A stretch of DNA of 51,688 bases, filler included, from Dirinaria sp. TL-2023a (taxonomy: Eukaryota): the NCBI GenBank assembly GCA_051941275.1. It is 3 parts of 3 records of this genome, joined end to end, with 100 filler letters (N's around TTAATTAATTAA, not from the genome) between each part and the next. Parts side by side here need not be neighbours in the genome. Positions count along the whole stretch, not along the records: positions 34,531 to 51,688 come from JAVEBF010000449.1; 2 more parts are not named here. The stretch is one strand, 5' to 3'. The notes under the pieces were generated by a model, which was not told the DNA's origin, searched no databases, and worked only from the letters and a program-made list of their open reading frames with translations. Positions 38,048-50,247 of this stretch are shown piece by piece; the first letter of the stretch is position 1, and every line of letters begins with the position of its first letter. Both the position numbers and the translations under genes were made by a program.

Positions 38048-39322
38048 TCATACACTCCGTAAGATCGTCATAGTGTCCTTTGTAACCGCCCGCAAGTGCT
38101 TCCGTAGATCGGCTTCTAATTGTACAAAAACGGAGGTGGAAATACAGTCTCTTTTACCGCCGCCACTGTCGTGGTCGTCAGATCCTCCCATCGAAACGTC
38201 TGTATTTCGCCGATATTCCTCGAAACGTTTTGAGAGCATATCGACCAGACGAACCACGCGATGCAATTCTCCCAAAACGAGCTGTGCTCTCGCGTGGCTG
38301 CTCTCATTGGTATTAGGTATCGGCGGTGCCTGCTCGAGATTGATCGGATTTGTGAGCTCGCTCTTGCCAGCACTCTCGCATGCGGCACCTGCATAAAGAG
38401 CCATGACTTTGAAAGCGATCAGGGCAACAAGAAAGACCAACTGTTCGTTCTGAGAGAAGCAAGGGCACTTGACGATGATCATGGCCTTCTCTAATGTGTT
38501 CCTGTTAGTTGCAATCGCCTCGTCAACAATTGGTGCAGATGATGCGGACGGTGAATCTCGTGGTGTCGGTAATCTGCCAGTTGTCGAGGTCGAGCAGCTT
38601 GCTCCGGTCCCATGTAGCGCTGCCAAGAGATTCAATGCCTGCGACAGGCAATTAGACCCTGGGTCTGCGAGATGCGAGGTCGTATCAAGAAGAGAATTAA
38701 GTGAGGAGGGAGTGGTTAAATTAGTCATATGATTGGTGCAATAGCTGCTTGGAGGGGTGGGAGATGCGCTCATGCAAGGTGAAAAGGTCAGGTCGCTAGC
38801 GTTGAACCATTGATCATATGGTCCTATTTTATTGCTGCTGGAGAAGTCATTGCTGGATGGCATCAAAGTGGTATTCATTTCGAATTTAGGTGGTTGGATT
38901 TCCGGATTGAAGGCGTCATCGATAGTTGGGAACAAAACTGGTTGCTGGTGGTTCCCGCTTAGAGAGAAATCTGGCATGGTGAAGCTATTCCACGAAAATT
39001 CGCTGCCAGTGCCGAGAGCAGGGTCGGGGAATATTCCGTCATGAAGTTTCTCTGGCACTTTCTGTTGTGGTGAGGGCGGTGCAGTCGCGTTTGCAGATGC
39101 AGTTGCACTCTGCGTCGAATCTGCTGTAGTGGTTGGGTTGGTCGAATGAGTCGACGTAGTTGAACGCCGTCCAGATCGATATGAAGGGCCATAATAGCAT
39201 GCTAGGCCTCGGTCGTCGCAGCGAGCACAGACGGGCTTGTCTTTACTACATTTGACTTTGGTGACAGCACAATTGTTGCAGCTATCCTTGAGTTTCTGCT
39301 TGACCCGCTGTCGCTGTTGCAT
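38048..39322 (-). CDS. AflR/MdpE-like Zn(II)2Cys6 transcription factor (~424 aa, intronless)
   Basis: KLKDSCNNCAVTKVKCSKDKPVCARCDDRGLACYYGPSYRSGR zinc cluster plus AflR-type C-terminus (CLSQALNLL, IVKCPC, IAFKVMALY, AQLVLGELHRVVRLVDMLS, LEADLRKHLR). Confidence 0.88.
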   Translation of the reverse strand: MQQRQRVKQKLKDSCNNCAVTKVKCSKDKPVCARCDDRGLACYYGPSYRSGRRSTTSTHSTNPTTTADSTQSATASANATAPPSPQQKVPEKLHDGIFPDPALGTGSEFSWNSFTMPDFSLSGNHQQPVLFPTIDDAFNPEIQPPKFEMNTTLMPSSNDFSSSNKIGPYDQWFNASDLTFSPCMSASPTPPSSYCTNHMTNLTTPSSLNSLLDTTSHLADPGSNCLSQALNLLAALHGTGASCSTSTTGRLPTPRDSPSASSAPIVDEAIATNRNTLEKAMIIVKCPCFSQNEQLVFLVALIAFKVMALYAGAACESAGKSELTNPINLEQAPPIPNTNESSHARAQLVLGELHRVVRLVDMLSKRFEEYRRNTDVSMGGSDDHDSGGGKRDCISTSVFVQLEADLRKHLRAVTKDTMTILRSV

Positions 39323-41632
39323 GGTGTCTCTGCAGCTTCTGTCAGAACTATCAAGGGGGAGCAGACACGGAATGGCCCTATGTCGAGCGAAAGAAGGCAA
39401 GCCACCATTAATATGATATTGTTATATTGTGCAGTGTGGAAGAGCTGGAGGAGCGACGTACTTAAGCGTGTGTAGCCGAAGCTACTCGGCCGTCCCATGG
39501 TGGCCATATCAACATGGTTTCTACAAGCTCAGCTGCGAGTTGGTGGCATGATGGTTGATCCGTAGATAAGCCGACTCTATTGAAACAGCAGGATGCGGTG
39601 TGCCGTCTACTCTATTGGCTCCAGCAGACGAAGCAGGGCTTGGGTTGCATAAGTGGGTTTGCAGGTTGAAATAGGAGGAGATCAGCAAGCTATGTCGTTC
39701 TAGCGGAAAGCATTATTGGGGTCCATGAGGGAACCAGCTGACTCAATCTTGGGTACCGTCAAGAGCCTCGGGCCTGGGCACGGTTTCGTGAGGTTGACCC
39801 ACTGTTCACCTAGGTACCGTAGGTGTTGTTTCTCGTTTCACACTTTAGACATGCCATACGTTCACGCGTTACGCGTAGGGCTCTCCAGCTCCTTCTGGAG
39901 CTTTTATCGGGCTAGCTCGCAACCTCAGCCTCTGACGATGTCTACAGTAGTACCTCCTGAACGGTTGTTGGGCCTAACGTATTGGTGGGCCGTCTTTCAG
40001 GATCGTGTATGAACTACCTTAGTATTGGGGCGGCGTTGAGTAAAAAATATGATTATCTTAGCTGTCGCAATAATTTATGGAAGGCTTGGACTAGTCTATC
40101 TAGCTGCTGACGGGATCCGCCTCAGCGCCTCTTTTATCTAAGGTAGTGTACCTAAGGTACGACCGTACGAGTACCTGTAATGTATTAGACTATTCACCTT
40201 ACTACTCGACGTGGCATAGTAACTTGGTTCCATTGGCCAGCGTACTGCAGATAACCATACCCAATTTAAGGTAAAGTGTAGAGATGTCAATTAAGGGTAT
40301 CTAGGCCTCTAAAGAAGTCTTCCATGCCTATTTACGGTAGTCTTCGCGTTCTATTGGAAGAGCGCTGACTCGTCACTTGAACTTTTTGGATCGAAGTAAC
40401 CACCATCAGTACCCATGGCCCTATGGTATGGTATGATCCATCATATGAGCACCAGGCAAGCCAAATCCCATGATTCGGGGCAACTTCTATCCGACATTCC
40501 TTTGAGACCTAAAGGGCATGTAGGCAGCCGGAGCAAAGAGGCTTCCGTCGAGAAAAGTGCGGGAATGGGAAATAACAATGTCGTCAGCAAGGCGGTACGG
40601 TAGGCCAGGAGCGGCACGTCTGACGCCAGGTCTCGGGTCTCAGGTCTTAGAGGGAGATCATCCAGCGCAGGACGCAGATCCTTGCACTGTCAACAAGGCA
40701 GGCACAGATCTTCGTACTGGATCGTCAGTCTGTGGCTCTCTGGCAAGATCGGTAGTCGGCAACGTTTCAGCTATCAAGAACGGACCGCATCCTGCAGGTA
40801 CGAGTACTTCTTCTCACATCGATTCGCAAATATTGCTTACCACGTAAACGCGTGCTTCACCACAGGAAGGGTTCTGAGTGAGCATGGCAGGCCCGCCACG
40901 TGGTGGTCTGGGCTCATTTGGGGGCGAAGTCGATGACTGGACTCACTTCTAGTACTGCAGACAACCTTGGTTGCGCATCTCCTAGGCCTTCACGTAACTA
41001 TCTTGGGTACATGGATGTCGATATTGCCACATTTGTTACCAACCCATCAAGTAGCGGTCCCTGTAATTTGCTGCTTGGAGCAGGGACATTCTCCCTAGGG
41101 CCGGAAAGTGCTGATATTCACAACATGAAGGCCGTCGTGTACGTGATGGTGGCGTGTGCTTCAGATAGCAAAGCAGATGCAATCTTCACCTGGGAGGAGT
41201 TAACCGCCTCTGTGTGCCCGGATTGATGAGGTATCCTGTACGGAAATGTTGTTCGGTCCTTTGAAATCAATCGATTATGTCAAGTCCTTCTACCACCCAT
41301 GAGTGTAACTTAATTATGAGGGAGAAGTAGGGTGTGGTAAATGGCGTTCCACGATCACTGAAAATCGACACATCATCATAGCCATGCAGGAGTCACAACA
41401 GCAACTGAGGATGTGAAATGAGGAAACCGTGAGAAGCAGAACATAAATTTTGAAATGTGTAGATGAACGATGCTAAATCAAACGATTGAAGGAAGCCTTA
41501 CAGAAGAGCAGAGCTTTCAACATCTGATCATGAAATATACATGATCTATCATTACCTGTAAGGAACTACAACTTGAAGTGCTTCCAAAGAGCTTCTACCC
41601 GCGGCTACATGCTAATGATCATGTGAGACTGT

Positions 41633-43231
41633 TTACGAGCGCAATATGAAGAAGCTGCCACTCAGAATCGTCAGTAACGACACAGCCCCAAAGACTGCAA
41701 AAGCAACGTCTCCACTCGGCCTGACATTATTCGCAGCATTGTGATGAGGGGATGCCCCCTTTGTACTCTGCGCCGTGAACGAAGGCTTGCCAGGTAGGTC
41801 TGTCAAGGTCAAGCGGCCGTTAGTCGGAAGGGTCGGCGTGGCCTCTGCAGTCTGTTTTCCAATTTCGGTGGTGATCGCCGCTGTTGCTCCGCCGAGGCTT
41901 GCTGGCAGAGTCATCGACGAAAGAACTGTGCTAACACCTGGGATCGAACTGCCCGAGATCTCCTGAATGTTGGGAGAACCTCCATTCAGGTTCGTGTTGG
42001 CCATCGCGATTTGCTTATTGTCGAGGTCATAGACCACATAAGCAGAGCGCAAGAAGGTGTCGCCAAGGACAACGGTGCCATCCGCACTCTTTTCGATCCC
42101 GAAGCTACATGCGTCAGTCCCATCTTTGAACGTGACTCCCGGCAAGGGAAAGACAAGCTGGCTGACGGAGACATTGATCTTGGGACCGTTGTCGCCTCCA
42201 AATGCAAAAATGTAGGAAGCCTGGGCAGTACTCAAGTTACAAGCCACAAGAGGAACAGTTTTGTCAATACCCGGGTCTACAACAGCTCCAATAGAATCCC
42301 ACATCGCTTGCGCCAGGTCGCTCTGGAGTTGAGTGGTTGTGGTGCCTGAATCGAGGAGAGCGGGGAGGACAAAATCGCCAGACCCAAGCTTACTAACGCC
42401 CTTCTTGTCGGAAAGGGACAGCGAAGTGAATTCTACCGTGAGGCGGTCAAGTTTGCTGTAGTCGCTCGAGTTGCTGCCAACAATAGGAAGGCCTAGCAAC
42501 GGTGCCGTGTATTTGGATGTATCGACACCGCCGAAAAGGATGGAGCCCGCGGTTGCATCGACATCGTTGAGCCACAGGCTGTAAGACCGAGTATTGATTT
42601 TTCCACTCTTCTTAAGTTGTGATACAACACCAGCATAAGGCTGATCACCGGAAAGCTCCGCTTCAGACTCTCCGATGTCGAATCCTATGCCCATCACCCC
42701 GTTGTTGTATTCCGGTCCAATTCCAGCCACACCCAATGAGTCTGTGACCAATGCCATAACCACATCGCCCAATGTTGCCTCGCCCACGGATAGAGAATCG
42801 GTGAAATATGCCCCTCCATACTGACTATTGTCGCCGTATGCGATAACGAAGTCGGGCGCCTCAGCTATCGATTGGAAGGTCTCCGAGCGGTGATAGTCGA
42901 AAGAGCCCCAAAAAGAGCAGCCCTTCCGAGCGCAGATGTCGGAATATGTGTACGGGACCCAGAGATCGCTGCTGCCAGTATCCAGCTGCACAGATAGGTT
43001 CTGAGGCGGAGTGCCGATACTGATGTTCGCTATGTATTGAAGCTGTTGTGCGTTGTAAAGGGCTTCCCCCGCCGTGCCAGCACGGCGTTGGAGGTTTGAC
43101 ATGGTGGGTGTGACATCTTTCTTAACTTTGGTGAAGTCGAGGCCGAAAACTTTGGGTTGAGCAGCAGCCAAGGTTGGAAGGGGAATGTTTGAGAGCGCAG
43201 CCAGCCAAAGGTAGGTGAGCTTGGATACCAT
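41633..43231 (-). CDS. Secreted, probably GPI-anchored aspartic endopeptidase (yapsin/OpsB-like, family A1; ~532 aa)
   Basis: Signal peptide from MVSKLTY, propeptide ending QRR, catalytic motifs LDTGSSDLW and LLDSGTT, ILFGGVD, LGDTFLRSAYVVYDL, S/T-rich tail and hydrophobic C-terminus. Confidence 0.93.
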   Translation of the reverse strand: MVSKLTYLWLAALSNIPLPTLAAAQPKVFGLDFTKVKKDVTPTMSNLQRRAGTAGEALYNAQQLQYIANISIGTPPQNLSVQLDTGSSDLWVPYTYSDICARKGCSFWGSFDYHRSETFQSIAEAPDFVIAYGDNSQYGGAYFTDSLSVGEATLGDVVMALVTDSLGVAGIGPEYNNGVMGIGFDIGESEAELSGDQPYAGVVSQLKKSGKINTRSYSLWLNDVDATAGSILFGGVDTSKYTAPLLGLPIVGSNSSDYSKLDRLTVEFTSLSLSDKKGVSKLGSGDFVLPALLDSGTTTTQLQSDLAQAMWDSIGAVVDPGIDKTVPLVACNLSTAQASYIFAFGGDNGPKINVSVSQLVFPLPGVTFKDGTDACSFGIEKSADGTVVLGDTFLRSAYVVYDLDNKQIAMANTNLNGGSPNIQEISGSSIPGVSTVLSSMTLPASLGGATAAITTEIGKQTAEATPTLPTNGRLTLTDLPGKPSFTAQSTKGASPHHNAANNVRPSGDVAFAVFGAVSLLTILSGSFFILRS

Positions 43232-44445
43232 GTCGTAGCCTTTCTTTAAGGACTTTAGGAATTGCCGCGCGTGTGGAAGGTAGTTTTGTATTTCCAAAGG
43301 GCGTCGAGGTTAGGTACCGTAATGATTACAAGTGGAGGTAGGTCGTGGGTGAGAGAAGTAGGAGATGTGTAGGTGATATAGGTGATCTAGGAGTGGAAGT
43401 GATGGAGGCTGAGAGAAGAAAATGCACAGCTGAAGGCGAGTCATACTGTGTGACCCATTCTTTCTGCCGCGAACAAGATTTGTTACTCTTGTATCACTTA
43501 TGAAGGCATCATCGACTTGATTGGGTTGTGATCAGGAGGTTTCGCCGGCTTCGATTCTCGGACGTTTCTGGTGGTGGCGCAGGAGGCTTTAGTGTTTCGC
43601 CAAAGCATCAAGGTGATTGGCTGGTGATTGGCTGTTAGACTTGGAAAACTCGGCCCGTTGACGGTCCGCCCTTCCTTCCAAATTACCAGGGCCTCAGCCT
43701 CATCTGCGCCACATCAACTTTTGAGTATGAGAAGCCTCGAACTCGAAGCATGGCGTTTCGTATGGAATGCTATAGATGACCAAAGAACTGGCCTTCGCGA
43801 CGATAGTCAAGAGTGATTCTCAAGACTAGGCTACAACTTGCGCGTGTGGACCAAATCACACTTTACGTGGCTGCCTACCTTATCTTGCAAGTTCCTGAGG
43901 TACTTGTACCTATCCGTTCGAATTGGTTCGGCCGTAGGACGCCGAAATAGTCTCTTACAAGCGAGAGAATCAACGTGTCTCAAAATCAAAAGCTACGAAT
44001 TTGAGGTTGTTACGGGAAACAAGTTTGGGCAGCAAAAGTCTTGCGGCATCTCACCTCGTATCTACGGGAACGATACGATCGAGCCCTGTTCCCTCCCGCT
44101 CACATACAGCCTCGAATAGGTAAGCTGGCTCTGAGTACGTGAAAATTGATCAGGATATTTACATGACCACGTCATATATACATGAGAACAAAGGCTACCG
44201 AACAGGGTTGATGGTATAATTGATTGTGACATACCCTCTTTGAAGCAAGCATCCTGCCAGTCACCCATCGAGCGATGAGCTCATATCGTCATGGCTGCAC
44301 CAAGGTATGCATGGAATAATTCGAGTTTCCTCTTTTTCTCTCGTATTTGCTACAGGTAGATACTTGTCGCCTCACTCAGGTAGTGGAAAGGGTGTGCAAT
44401 GCGAGAGTCTGTCGTCTGTCTCTTCACTAGACAACTGCGGCCTTC

Positions 44446-45243
44446 TCAACTATCTAGACGGATAACTGTGGATTCGTTTATGTTCAGCACATTAGGCAAG
44501 CCGAAGGTAGAGGTCAGCGCTGGCGAAATTCCCGGAGGTATCAGTCTGTTTTCGTATGACTCCGTGGACATAATCATTACTCCGATGCTACCATACTCGC
44601 CTGACCTGGTGTCAGCCTTGATTTCAACAAATCCAGTGGAAAGGAAGAGCTCTCGATCACCAAAGCGATCGCGCGGGAACCTACCGACGGCTCCATAGCC
44701 ACCCCCGTGCCGCAAAACAACACAGTGGAGTTCGACATTGAGTGCCGCGAAATGAAGATCACTGTATGTTGCTATATCCGTCTCATAGAACGGACCCTTG
44801 GGCTGATTGGGCAATTCTCCTGGCTTGAAAATATCCATCATCGCTAGGACAAGCGTACAAGCACCTGAGTCACAGTTTAGTTTATTACATTTGCTTCAAA
44901 TATTCGCCTGGCGGGACTCACCAACAGTATATCTTCTGGGAGTCTTCATTTTCGGAAGCTTGAATTCGGCTTCGGCACCAATACCGAGGAATTCATATCG
45001 CTTTCTTCCATGCTCGAGCACTTCAATGTTGTACAATTTGTTGACAGTTCCCACGCAGTCGTCCTTAACAAGCTTGAGGCCCAGCCAATCTGGACTGTCT
45101 GAACATCCATCGGCAGGGGCCTTCAACTGTGTTGCATTCGAAGTTTGAATTGCAGCCGCTGCGACGAGCTGGTTCAATATGCAACAGAACACGAGCATCG
45201 CCGTAGCGCAACGAGCGTTTTGGCATGCTGGCAAGAAAGACAT
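44446..45243 (-). CDS. Small secreted Cys-containing orphan protein (exons 45243-44922, 44864-44685, 44600-44446; ~200-218 aa)
   Basis: Signal-like MLVFCCILNQLVAAAA, then CSDSPDW..DC..YEFLG..TPRRYTV-GACTLVLAM..DIATY..AALNVELHC..GYGAVG-EYGSIGVM. Introns GTGAGT..CAG and GTAGGT..GCTGAC..CAG keep frame. Confidence 0.72.
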
Positions 45244-46375
45244 ACTGACAGCAGCAGATCCATGAGACCTGACTTCGGAAACAGACGACCTCTCGAAGTT
45301 GACAAACGAGCATTTTGTATGTCTGCGTTGTTTCATGACGGCGATGATCGCGGCCTAGCCATGAAGTTGAACCCCCACGGCGGGTAGAATTTATCCGCTG
45401 CTATCTTGATAAGCCATTATTTGGTTGGATCTCTTCCACGATAGACTTGCAAGCAGGACGACACTTGCAGAAGCTAACTGAGAACCCATCCATGTGGACT
45501 GAGCCGTGCAGGTCAATTGCATATCGCTAGTAATGTGGAACCGAGGTAGTCGTCCAATCACTGCAAGGAAAATTGATAAGACAAATTTAACCGCACAATG
45601 ATATGAATAGGATAACCACTGACGGCTAAACCATCGATGAAACCAGTGAATCTTTCGATAAATGGTGAATTTCTTATCATTTCATTGCGATCAGGATTCC
45701 TAAGAACCCGCTACGTTCCAGACGCCGATGAAGAATTGGATATTGGCTGTCGCGATAGTGATATTTACACGACGATATTGATAATGAAGCGGCTAAGGAA
45801 CACAACGATGAACTACGGGCTAATGGCGCGTACAAAGAGGCCTATTCTATTTGAATCACCTATCTTTGTTAGCCTGCGTCACAGATAAGTCTAGTGGGAA
45901 AGCGCTCACAATCAACTCAGTACTCAAAATGCATGCAGCCATGCTGGAAGAATGACCCTTCTCGAAGATTTGCAGTTTAACGGAAACATTCAATCGATTT
46001 TGAGAGCGGTGCGAGCCACGAGCCTTGTTTCACCGAAGACTCAGTCCCTCACCAAAAATAAAAGGTAGATAGATAAGCAAATGCTCAAACCAAAAAAAGA
46101 AAAAAAAGTTTTTTGCCCCCGGTCTATCAGGAGCAACTCCAGTCAATTATCAATTTCTATTTAGAAAAGCTTACTCCTAATAACCTCACACCGAAAGAAA
46201 TATGCAGATAAATCGAACATTTCCAGCCACCTTGAAGGATCCTTCCGGGGGTATATATCTAGGCATTCTTTTCTTTTTGCCAAACGCCCATTTTGCACCG
46301 CGATTTTTGTTTATAACACAATTGGTGAGGGAAAGGGGGGGAAAAAACAAAAATCCAAAAAAACAGTACAAACGC

Positions 46376-49300
46376 TTATGCGATCCATTCCGGGTCCGCA
46401 TCTACGTCAGAAGGGTCCTCAGATAATAATGGGTCGCTATCATCACCGGCCTCCTCATACAACTGAGAACCGTCCGGTGTCGAGCAGGCAGCAGCAGCAG
46501 CAGCAGCAGTAGCAGCAGAAGAAGAGGCTGCTTGAGGCAGTCTCTCCGACACGACCACCGAATCCGAATTATCCGGATCCTGCTGCGTTTCTACTCGAGG
46601 ACGGGGCGAAAGACTGGTAGACTCCTGCCGTTTCCCGCTTGGAGACTTCGACACGGCTCGATTCAGATCATACGATCGCTGCAGAAGAGTTGCTTCCTCG
46701 AGGTCCTCGTGCGCGATACCTAGTTCTGAAAACGCGACGCTGGACGTCGTGGCGTGAGTATCTGCGTCTGGATTTGCTTCAGGCATCACCCTGGACTCTG
46801 AGCTCAGGCCTAGGTGGTCGTCGCCAACGGAACCAGGGTCTTGCGTAGCAGTAGTACTATTGCGTTTGATGGGGGTTGACGAGTTCAGATTATCTGCTGT
46901 ATTTGAAGCCGTCTCAAGCTCCGTCTGTAATGTATCGTCGTCTAATGTGAGGGCCTCATCGAGTTCACGTGACTTAGTGCTTCTTTCACTGACTGGCTCG
47001 TGACCAGCGTCATGATCCTGACCGCGGTGCACAGGACTCGGTGGCAAGAAGAAGCCTCTTCCCGTATCCTCATTATCAGAGTCCTGCCCGCCGCCGCCGG
47101 CAACCCAACCTCCAGCCGTTGGCTCTGCGATGGAATCCATACCCGAATCAGGGAGAAACCCACCTTCCCCGCTGTAACTAGCTTGCTCATCCTCATCCTC
47201 ATCATCATCATCATCATCATCATCGACAGCCGGATCCAAAGCGACATTCCCGCCGTCGTCTCCTTCGATATCATACCCTTCAATCCTCTGCCTAATTCTC
47301 AAGCCAGCCAAGAAGCGTTTCCACATCCTCAGCGCTTCCAGACTTCGTTGCGTCTCTTCTTCGTGAGCGCGCTCATCCTCGAATCCGATGAGCAGCTGCT
47401 GCACGGCATCGGCATGCTCGGCGGCGACGACGGCGCCGTTGATGACGGCAGTACCGTGTCGGCCTTTGAACGCGAACCCCGTGACCGCGTCTGCGTAGTC
47501 GATTCCCAGGAACCGGGCCGCGCGCTGCGTGTCTGGATGTTTGAGATGGATGGCGCCTGCTGGGACCATACTCGGTACGTAGATATCGAGGTTTCCGTAT
47601 ACGTTTTTGGGGAGCCGGCCGTTTATTACGGGCGGTGGCTTGTATTCTGTCGTCTGCTCGTATGTATATAGCGCTGTTCCTGCGATGTTGTCGTCTCCTT
47701 GTGAATGATCTGGCCCGGCATCCTGTCCTCGGCGTGGCATTACACGCTTGAGAGGCTGTTCGCCTGGCTAAGTAAATCAGGTTTTGAGATTAGGACGGCA
47801 TTCACGGGGGTCTGATGGATGAGTGCACAACATACCTTGATTTCCCTACCCATCCTGTACCATTTGTCTGCGCTTTTCACAATACGCACATCGCATCGTC
47901 TATAAATTGGCTCTAGCCCTTTGCTACTCGAACCTCTTCCCGCTGACACTTTCCCGACTTCTCGTTTCGGATGGATGACCTCATTCCTTCGTAAATGCCG
48001 CTCGAGCGCGTAGTATGGATGGTCTTTGAAGTCCTGGACATTTTCGGGCAACCCCTCTTGCGCTTCCTTGCGAGCGAGTTCTGTGTCCTCAACTTGGTCC
48101 CGGTCCATTCGGTGTTTTCGCCTGTACATATTGAGAGCTTTTTGAAGCCACCGATCTCCTTCAGTGGTCGCTTCGACGCGCAATCTCCGGGTCTTGGCGT
48201 TGAACGACTTGGAGTATCGCTTTGTTACGTCGCGGGCGGAGCCATCATCCTCAAAGGAGATCACGTAGACCATATTGTTCTCGCGATCGCTAGCTGGAGG
48301 CTCGAGCTTCCTTGGTTTACCCACACTTTTTGTGACGAGAGGGTCGACTGCAATCCATTTCTGAGCTGCTTCGTCGAATGCTTCGACCCAGTATATCGGG
48401 TATGGCGATTCCACAATGCGTTTTGGATATCCTATGTCTGTCAATAAATACAACTGCTGCTCGACTTTTTGACACTTACTTGCTTTATTAGCAGGCGACG
48501 GTCCCTTGGGGCTCTGCGATGTTCTATCCGCGTATAGCCCTGTTTCTGTTGGCAAAGGTGAGGCAAATCTACTACGGCCACCCCTCGATCCGATGGTTTG
48601 TTGGGGCTCTTCTGGTGTATGCTCGCGACTACTGATCACGGTTCTGTTCTCTTCTCTAGCGTCCGTTTTCTGCTCATACTGATAGTAAGCTATGCTCACT
48701 GGCTTTCTGGTTGGTGTAGACTTGGTATTCGCGGAAGCATTGATGGGCAAAACCTGAAATGAGCATGTCAAACGAACGTCAACCCCGACTGAGCGCAGGA
48801 GAGCGCAGAACAATTGCGCGCCGACATCGCGTGAAGCTTCTCGTTTCCTGGCTACGTCAAGGAAATCCGATTTCTGCATTGGAAGGTCGATGTCCGTAGG
48901 AGGGTTAATCTGTATTTATAATGTATTAACCCTTTCAAGATGCGCCAAGTGTAGGATGAGGAATTCTTGAGAGATCACCATACAGCAGCGATTTCGTCTG
49001 CATTCCCAGCCCAATATGACCTGCTCAAGCCGCGCGCGGTGATTCTGAAGCTCACTCTAAATGCATCCAGTGCTTGATTCAGCCCATCATTGAACGATCT
49101 AGACCTCTGAAATTGTGATTTGTCCTCGTCCGGATTAAGGTAAGAGACCGTCCTCTTCGTCAAAAGGCCTCGTAACTGTCGCTACTTCTCATCAGCTCAT
49201 GGCAGCGTTGAGCCTGGTACCGGCGCTCACGTGGATCTCCTCATCGTTGCACCAATGGTTTCGCAAATAAATATGAGCCAATAGACACAGCAGATGCATC

Positions 49301-49809
49301 TTGTGTATGTCCAGCTTCATTTGTCGTTCTGCAGAGGTGGCAATTCTTCGTCGAGATGGTACACGTGCAGCTTGCGCGCCTGTATCGTCGTTGAGTACCA
49401 AATTCAAGTTCTGATGGGTTTCCGAGCCATCCTCCCCTTTGAAGCCCTGCTCTTGCAAATCAACCTCTTCCCAATCAATGTCACTCTCCGCAGAATCTTC
49501 TGTATCGTTATACGCCGTCTGCTGCTGCAAGCCCCTTGATTGCTCCTCCGATGCCCCACGACCGCTCTGTCTCTCCGTGCTCACTGCTCGGTCAGACGAA
49601 TTGTCAAGCTCGGTTGCTGCTTTCTGCTCGACGATACGACCGCCGACTCTGCGCCTTTTGATCGGTCGTTCTTCACCCGACGGTGGCGGTGAAGTAGAAA
49701 GAGCGTCACGTAGCATCTCTCCATATACATCGGGTAGTCGAGCGCTGGGATCTGGTTGAGCTGAGCTTCGAGGCGCACCATATCTTTTGTTCTTCTGAGG
49801 GCGGGCCAT
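46376..49809 (-). CDS. RAD4: Nucleotide excision repair damage sensor Rad4/XPC (exons 49809-49231, 49181-48984, 48909-48480, 48431-47836, 47767-46376; ~1064 aa)
   Basis: IHKMHLLCLL..RNHWCND, SRDVGAQLFCALLRSVG, YPIYWVEAF, ARDVTKRY, FKDHPYYALERHLRRNE, PKNVYGNLDIYVPSMVPAG and ADAVTGFAF (TGD and BHD1-3 domains). Four GT-AG introns in frame. Confidence 0.96.
47187..47223 (-). repeat. (GAT)n/(GAG) trinucleotide tract coding a poly-Asp/Glu run in Rad4; a (GCT)n poly-Ala tract also lies at ~46485-46518
   Basis: Directly visible. Confidence 0.85.
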
Positions 49810-50144
49810 GGAATAACAACATAGGCGGCTGCTAAAATTTGGATTTAAATGCCTAGGTCGTGGGAACAGTTGCGAACGCCCAGTGCGATTAGACGCAGCC
49901 TGAGCGATATAATGATTCGGGTCGATTCATTGTTTTGTGGATGGTGGGATAAGAGGAGCTAAGCAGGCTTTGGGCTGAACATGCAGAATTTCCGGATACT
50001 TCTCTTAGAGACTAGTATGCTTACAAGTCTCTAGTACCAAGAAATAAACTTGGTATTGGAGTACCTCATCGCTACCTATGTTGATACCTGACTCCAGCAC
50101 TGAATTCTATATGCACGATGACATAATCGGTATCTCTAGCTGAG

Positions 50145-50165
50145 ACGCGTGGGACAAAGACGCGT
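50145..50165. promoter_or_regulatory. Two MCB boxes (ACGCGT at 50145-50150 and 50160-50165) in the RAD4 divergent promoter
   Basis: AGACGCGT twice, 15 bp apart, ~85-100 bp upstream of the ATG at 50248. ACGCGT is the established MBF (Mbp1/Swi6) element. Confidence 0.6.
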
Positions 50166-50247
50166 TTGGCCGCTTCGAACCGATTTGAGAAGCCACAAAA
50201 ACAATTTGGAACTGGACGCTCTGACAGCTGACTCCATCGGAATCTTC

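Noticed and set aside
12537..39322. Putative secondary-metabolite cluster of decarboxylase, methyltransferase and AflR
   Set aside because: The three genes lie on three different contigs among housekeeping genes, and no PKS, NRPS or terpene synthase is present.
40415..41226. Short plus-strand ORFs divergent from the AflR-like gene as a possible aflS
   Set aside because: Tentative splicing yields no AflS/O-methyltransferase-like sequence, so they cannot be supported as a gene.
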